Shown: positions 57,905 to 64,000 of the stretch, piece by piece
Layout: each line of letters starts with the position of its first letter
Numbering within the stretch: the first letter of the stretch is position 1
Made by a program: the position numbers and the translations under genes
Origin: Schizochytrium sp. TIO01
Taxonomy: Eukaryota > Protista > Bigyra: Labyrinthulomycetes
Length of the DNA stretch: 64,000 nucleotides
Assembly: GCA_004764695.1 (NCBI GenBank)
Contig: SMSO01000005.1
Coordinates: forward strand, 1 to 64,000
Reading direction: 5' to 3'
Notes under the pieces: model-generated
What the model was told of the DNA's origin: nothing
What the model saw: the letters and a program-made list of their open reading frames with translations, nothing else
Databases searched by the model: none

Positions 57905-60900
57905 AGCTACAACGCGCCCAGCCGGTTTCTGTCTTGTTTGCCCCGCGCGTGCACAAGGTCAAGCCAAAAAAGAAACTTTTCTTTTGAGAAAATAACTAAG
58001 ATTCCTTATAGTTATTATTAATGAGCAGCTAGCTGGATAGTAGGTACACTACTCTGTTCTTGAAATAAAAGAAGAAAACAAAGAAGAATGAAAAGCAGCT
58101 TTTATTTGGACTTTTGTGTTATTTTTAAGACTATGTAACTAATAAGTACTTTTAGGCTTGGGGACGTGCTTATTTTTTAATTTTCAATTAAAAAAAAAAT
58201 GGAAAGGAAGGAGGAAAAAGAAAGAGATTACATCGGTAGCAATAGTTAGCAGGAGTAGAACTCAAGTCAAACCGTAGCAATATGCGTATGTAGCACCTAT
58301 TAGTTTAGTCACTACATTATGAAAACACTTCCTATTCTTTTTTAAAAGAAAAGTTTTTTAATTTTACGTAGTAGGTACCTTCGCGCTATGTTTGTCTGAA
58401 AAAGAGTCAGCATCCTTTGTTCATGCACGATACAAGAACTTAATGTCAGTGATCACGACAAGCTAAAACGGTTGATTGAGATTGGAGAATTTACACCGTC
58501 CCCAAATAATGACTGGGGAATAACTTATAGTAATTGATTATTCTACTGTTGTTTTTTCTGAAAATGGGGAGATATCGAGGGTGGCCGCTCTGGCTTCCCA
58601 GTACAGAAATACGAGTACTGCAGGAGGCATGACTCTGATTAAAAGTGAACGTGGCTGCGCTACGTCTTATTTATATGGAATCAGATCTACGCTATTCCTT
58701 AGTAGTGTCACGCAGACAAATGCAGATACTAATGAGACCACGGAGGTGCCTACCTCCAATTCATGAATCTTGCTAAAGTGCATCCACTAATTTTTAGAAA
58801 CTTACCTTTACCATTTCGAAACCTTGAGCTCCTAATGACTTTTCTCGAGTCACTCTTAGGATGAACGTCTTTGCTAGGCAGTGTGCAAAGGTCTCTGGAG
58901 GATGTGCATATGATATAGCCATTTTGGTCACTCTCACACTCAACCTTACAATCAGGGATAAAAAAAAATCAAGTAAAAGAAAAGTTAGTCATAAGCTGTT
59001 GGACACTTCAGCAAAACATGTTTTCAAGCGTGCAATCTTATCGATTAGACTGCCAAGCGTTCGCTTCTGCCTTCGGTCTGAGTGTACACTACGGACCGAG
59101 TGATAGAGTACGATGACAGTTTTCCTCAGGTGCTCTAATCATCGCTTCTCTAGTAGACATAAATCATGTCAATCCTTTTATTTTTCTTAAAAAAATTAAC
59201 AGTACTAATCGAAAGGTACTGAGGTAAGTAGGAGCTACCTAAGTAGGTACCTACCACTCGTAAAAGAACACCTCGCGCAACGTGCCAGCACGTACTCTGA
59301 CTTGAGTTTTTTTAATTAAATCCAATACTGTATCTTGGACCCAGCCATCTCAATATGATGTAGCTCAAATAACGAAGCAAATATACGACGCTTTCCTGAT
59401 GATCACACCACCGAAGTTGAACAGGAAAAGACTTATAACAACGCCAATATTTGTGTAAATAATCCAGTTTTGTTCTTTTATATTATTCACTAGTACTACT
59501 AGCCACGCGTCTGACTGCTAAGCTTTAAATTTTTTAATGATCGAAAAATATCAAAGGATAAAATTGTCACTATAAATAGCTAATTAAAAAAAACAAAAAA
59601 ACATTCTAAACATTATTTTTGAAATGCTATAAAATGTTCAAATACTTGCACACACCCGTTCGTGAGGCAATGAGGAGATCAGGATCATCTTACGATGCCT
59701 ATTTCATGGTTGCTGAAGTAGGTGAGTTGTTCTGCTCTCACTTACTGCTCAAAGGCCATCTACATCAATTCTTTCACTTGGGTAAAAACTAAGGAGTGAG
59801 TCTTCGGACGGTAAAATGTTTACTCTGACTAATGAGAATGGTAAAACTCAAGTCAAACGTTTCTCTTGTGAGTGGTTATTCTGATAAACTGGATCGTGGT
59901 CCTCCTACCTCTGCAAGTTCTTACAATCCTCCTGTGTCTTCTTCTTCTTGAGTACTGATTTCTAGCAGATTATTTGTCTGTGAGAAATGTATAAGAATCT
60001 CAGCATTAGGACACAAGCTTTATGCTTTACTGATCACATCATGATGGACCAGATCTTCACTTAACTACCATGGTGCATAATTTGTTGCAATCACCTGCCT
60101 ACCCTACATAGTTATTGGGATTTGAATATGGTGGCTCACTTTCTGGCAAGCAAAAACCTAAAATCATTTTTCAGAAAAATGGGCGTGTGCCAAGTTTACC
60201 CAATTTATAACTACAATCTTGATGCAGCGCGATGGCGCTTTTACTGCACACCCAAAACCTCCTTCACGAAAAAGAAATGTGCTTCTCAGCTTTTAATTCT
60301 CCCAGATATTCGTGGAGCGAGGGTCTGGCTTCATTAAGTAGAGAACTTGCATGACGGTCTATCTTCAATTGAAATAGAATGTCAGGGCAATGTTACAAAA
60401 GCAAAAAAAAAACTTCGCTGCATGAGGCCCATCTCTGGCGCTTGATGATGCTAATGTCGTTGTCAGTTATCATGACCGAGCTATTGCAATTTCTTCCTCC
60501 TAAATTCACTGATCACGCACGCTTCAGCATTGAAGGGAAATAATCTAAATGTAAAGTCTGTGAATTTGAAATAGAACCTACCTACTATAACTCTTTTTAG
60601 CTTGTTAATAGTCAGAAAAAGTAAAAATGCCTCTATGGCAGGGGTTTTATCTTGCCCTAGAGAATGTTCCTATTTCTGCTGCAGCAGCGTAGCATTCATA
60701 TCTCCGATTCTTTGGGGCTCCTAAAGAAAAACCTTCTTGAAACTGTGTTTCCTCTTCTTTTTCCAAAGTAGGGCAACAGCAACAAACAGACAAGTAAGGC
60801 CATAACGAAACTGGATGCACTTGGTGGTTTGTTTCTGTATAAAGGTTAGACTTACTCATATTGTGTTGATTCCTTCTTACCATACATACGTGCTCTTTGA

Positions 60901-61569
60901 TGAACGATTTAGTTGCAATCTGTGCGAAATATCAATTGGTAGAGTTATAAACTGGACATACAAAGTTGCATTCGCTTCTTATAGTTGTTTCTCTTCCACA
61001 GCTCTAAAAGATTGGAAGCATGAGCGGGGCTTTCCTCTCCTCTAGCATTGAGTACTGCAAAACTGTTTTGCCCGCGGCTAGCTACTACAAGAATTTTAAT
61101 GATTTTGAGACTCCGGTTCGCTTGCCAAAAACTAAATTATAAATGATAAGCAGCAGGCCCAACGCTTGGCAGTTTCCTTTTGGTCATCTTACCAATTTCT
61201 TTTAAAAAATAAGCACTATGGTGGGCTGGACAGAACATAGCAACATCAGGCTTCTGCATTACAAAGCGAATTGAGAACAAACGTTGACCGTTCAGCCTGG
61301 GAAATATGAATTTTCTTATGCATATAAACTAATTAATCGTGTGGCACAGTTTGCGCAGGCTCATCAGTCCATCAAAATCAGGATCATAATATCTTTTACC
61401 AACCCTTCTCTTTGAAATTATGCTTCATGGAACATTTGGAGAATGCATGATCTTCAAGCAGGCAATACGGTGGTCTTTATGAAGCGGAAACGTCATGGAG
61501 ACCTTAAGAAAGAAGGCAGGTGAAGGTAGGCAAAGAAGACAAAAAAAAAAGCAGCGTCTAAATCAATTT

Positions 61570-63066
61570 TTATTTCTGAGAGTATTTGTGCTTGTTGTTG
61601 GGCCGGGGAATATCCGAGTCGTACTCGGCAAAGAGTGTGTAAGCAGGCTGCCAGAGGAAGTTGTGGACCTCGCGCGGAATACCGGCAGTAATAGCCTTGA
61701 GCGCGCGGATCTTGACGGGCTCGAGCGGGTTTGGGTGATCCAGCGCTTTGTAGCGCTTGTAGGTAATGACGGTGTTGCGCAACTCCTCCTCCGAGTAACG
61801 CTGGACTTCATACACAAATTCAGGTTCGTTAACCTTGAGTTTGTCTCCGATCTCATTGAAAGGGGCATAGTAGGTCGGCGGCGGCGAGACCTGCTTGCGG
61901 TGCTCCTCGGCAACCTTGGGGTCCACAGGGTATCCGTATCTGCAAGTGGGGGCAGCAAGCAAGAGTCCCCGTGCAAGCTTGAGCTGTTCACGCAGCTTAC
62001 CCTCGCTATCCAGGAACCTAAATGTCTCCGCCATCATCAAGCGCTCGGGCACTACCGGTACAGCGTTCTCGTGAAAGCATGTCGGCCACGAGAATGCATT
62101 GATCTGGTCTACCGCAATCATCACTGGAACCTCAGTCACAAGACCCAGCTCCAGGCGAAGGTCCAGCAGCGCATCACCCGCGAAAGGCGCCGTCTTCAGA
62201 CCTCTCTCAATGATGCCCATCAAAGAGTCATCAGCATCATAGAGCTTTGCAGGGTACTTCCTCTTTTGCTTAAGTCCCTTCAGCTGCTCGCCGTGCGCAG
62301 CCTTGATGTTTTTGAGAGCAGCCTGAGCTCCGAGAGGCTGAGTGAGGAGCTTGGGGCGGAGCTTGCTCTGTGCGAGAGGAGCCGCGGTACCTGTACCGTA
62401 CTGAATGGCACCCTTCTCGGTAACGTACTCGCGAGCGTCAGGGACGTACATGACGATCCAGCCTCGGGCACGGGCCCACATGACAGCAAGCTGAAGGGAG
62501 ATGGACTTTCCCATGCCACGCTCGCCCATGAGCAAGCGCACAGCCTTGGAAGGGTCCACTTCGCCAGCCTCGATGCGCTTCATGAGGTCAATGGTGTCAG
62601 TCGTGGACTCACGTACCATGAAGAGCTTGTTACCCAAAACCGTGAAAAGCTCCTCAGTCTCCTCGTTCACGCCCTCAGGAAGCAGACGGGCGAGGTCCTC
62701 ATCCTTCACAGCAAAGTATCGCGCAACGTCCTCGCCGCTGATCTCATCCACGGTTGACGCATTCGCCACATATGAGTTACTCTGCTTCTTGGCTGCCTTC
62801 TCCTTCTTCTTGGCTGCCTTCTTGGCCTCTACATCGTCGTCTTCAGTCGCCTTCGCGTTGGCGCCTTCGACATCAGAGGTGCTTGAGGAGGACGACATGA
62901 GGCGCGTCCATGTCCACTGCGGGGCAGGGAGGGAGGTGCTAGAGGCCTGCGAGGCAAGAGCAGAGACTGCGTGCTCCCTGGCGATGGCGGAGACGCTTGG
63001 CGCGGCACGGCCAGCGACCACCTTGCCTGCAAGGCGGCCTGCAAGCAGCCATCTAGGCTGCATCAT
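61570..63066 (-). CDS. DAP3: Mitochondrial small ribosomal subunit protein mS29 (DAP3/Rsm23)
   Basis: Arg/Ala/Ser-rich N-terminal transit-like peptide, P-loop GERGMGKS, WARARGWIVMYVPDA and PVMIAVDQIN motifs typical of DAP3; strong GC3 bias. Confidence 0.85.
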   Translation of the reverse strand: MMQPRWLLAGRLAGKVVAGRAAPSVSAIAREHAVSALASQASSTSLPAPQWTWTRLMSSSSSTSDVEGANAKATEDDDVEAKKAAKKKEKAAKKQSNSYVANASTVDEISGEDVARYFAVKDEDLARLLPEGVNEETEELFTVLGNKLFMVRESTTDTIDLMKRIEAGEVDPSKAVRLLMGERGMGKSISLQLAVMWARARGWIVMYVPDAREYVTEKGAIQYGTGTAAPLAQSKLRPKLLTQPLGAQAALKNIKAAHGEQLKGLKQKRKYPAKLYDADDSLMGIIERGLKTAPFAGDALLDLRLELGLVTEVPVMIAVDQINAFSWPTCFHENAVPVVPERLMMAETFRFLDSEGKLREQLKLARGLLLAAPTCRYGYPVDPKVAEEHRKQVSPPPTYYAPFNEIGDKLKVNEPEFVYEVQRYSEEELRNTVITYKRYKALDHPNPLEPVKIRALKAITAGIPREVHNFLWQPAYTLFAEYDSDIPRPNNKHKYSQK

Positions 63067-64000
63067 CTTCTTCGAAGAACGACGGGCGACGGGACGCCGA
63101 GCGCGAGGTCCCTCCGAGAGCTAGGTCGACGCTATACGCCGCACCACACAAACAGTCCACGCAAGCTGCCTCCGCGACAGCCGCTTCAGATCTGCCAAAG
63201 CCGGAGACTGACAACGCAAATGAATGAACGAGTGAGTGACTAGCTAGCGATTAATTAGGAGCAAATGAAATGACTGCCGCTCAAATTTTAGCATATAACT
63301 AACATAGAGGTCCCTATTATTCGTATTCTTTGCTATGCTATTAATGTAGTTGACTCTGGGAAAGGTAATGGCGCTTTCTTTCTCTTCCAATCGCACTGGC
63401 ACTATAGGTTATAGGGAGCGCCACACTGTAGGTTATTCTCTTTAGTTGCGTATTTACTATGGGTTATAGCAGCATGCATTCTTCACTGATTGCCGCCGAT
63501 TCTTGTTATTCGTTCGTTCGTGATCGCTACGTACTACTCGCTCAGTGGCGTTGTTTGCTATTCCGGCTATTTTGCATTACATGACATTTGTTGACCAGAG
63601 AAGGTCCAACTTGTGCGGACTAGGTGTTGGGTAGTGCTCGCGCTGATCAGAATGATTCCATGATTGCTATTTCAATGATCTCGAGGGCATGCTCGATCCT
63701 GCTCATATTGCTCAGATTGGTGAAGTCTACTGCCACATCTTATTACAGAGCCTCTGCAATTTGCCTTGGGTAATGCAGTAGTTGATGATCAAACATGACC
63801 TACTCACTCGCTGTCAACTCCTTTGATTTCACGCACGCAAAGACAGAACATAGCTTGCATCGAGCGGAGAGACTTACTCTTGCTTTGCATTGGCCTGCTC
63901 GAGGGACTTGCGCTCAGCAAGGCTGCTCGCTGTGCTGCTAATTGTTATCATCGCTCAGGACCGCAGCAGTCAATGGTTGCTTATAACCTGCTAGGTAACT

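Noticed and set aside
61495-63124. 420-aa and 207-aa plus-strand ORFs
   Set aside because: Antisense shadows of the GC3-rich DAP3 gene.

Overview
Eukaryotic nuclear DNA from a thraustochytrid-like stramenopile (the 18S resembles Aurantiochytrium/Schizochytrium; recognised from memory, not searched). The centre holds one complete minus-strand rDNA unit (18S, 5.8S, 28S) flanked by ten co-oriented tRNA genes. Three identical 5S genes are dispersed on the plus strand. The right arm carries a Crinkler-like nuclease-kinase, an ABC-F ATPase, an HSPA12-like Hsp70 and DAP3/mS29. The main finding is in the left arm: two long tandem arrays (19 units of 345-386 bp and 6 units of 418-428 bp) look non-coding in the ORF track but are exon-intron cassettes. 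Each unit has one 84-nt phase-2 exon (one is 87 nt) encoding a single ribonuclease-inhibitor-like leucine-rich repeat (LRR), with variation concentrated at predicted concave-surface residues. Spliced by hand, they give two head-to-head genes separated by a 5S gene: a ~659-aa protein with 19 LRRs (minus strand) and a ~1147-aa LRR-kinase-RING-Rcat protein (plus strand). This looks like a modular, diversifying receptor pair, possibly immune-related; that function is inferred, not shown.
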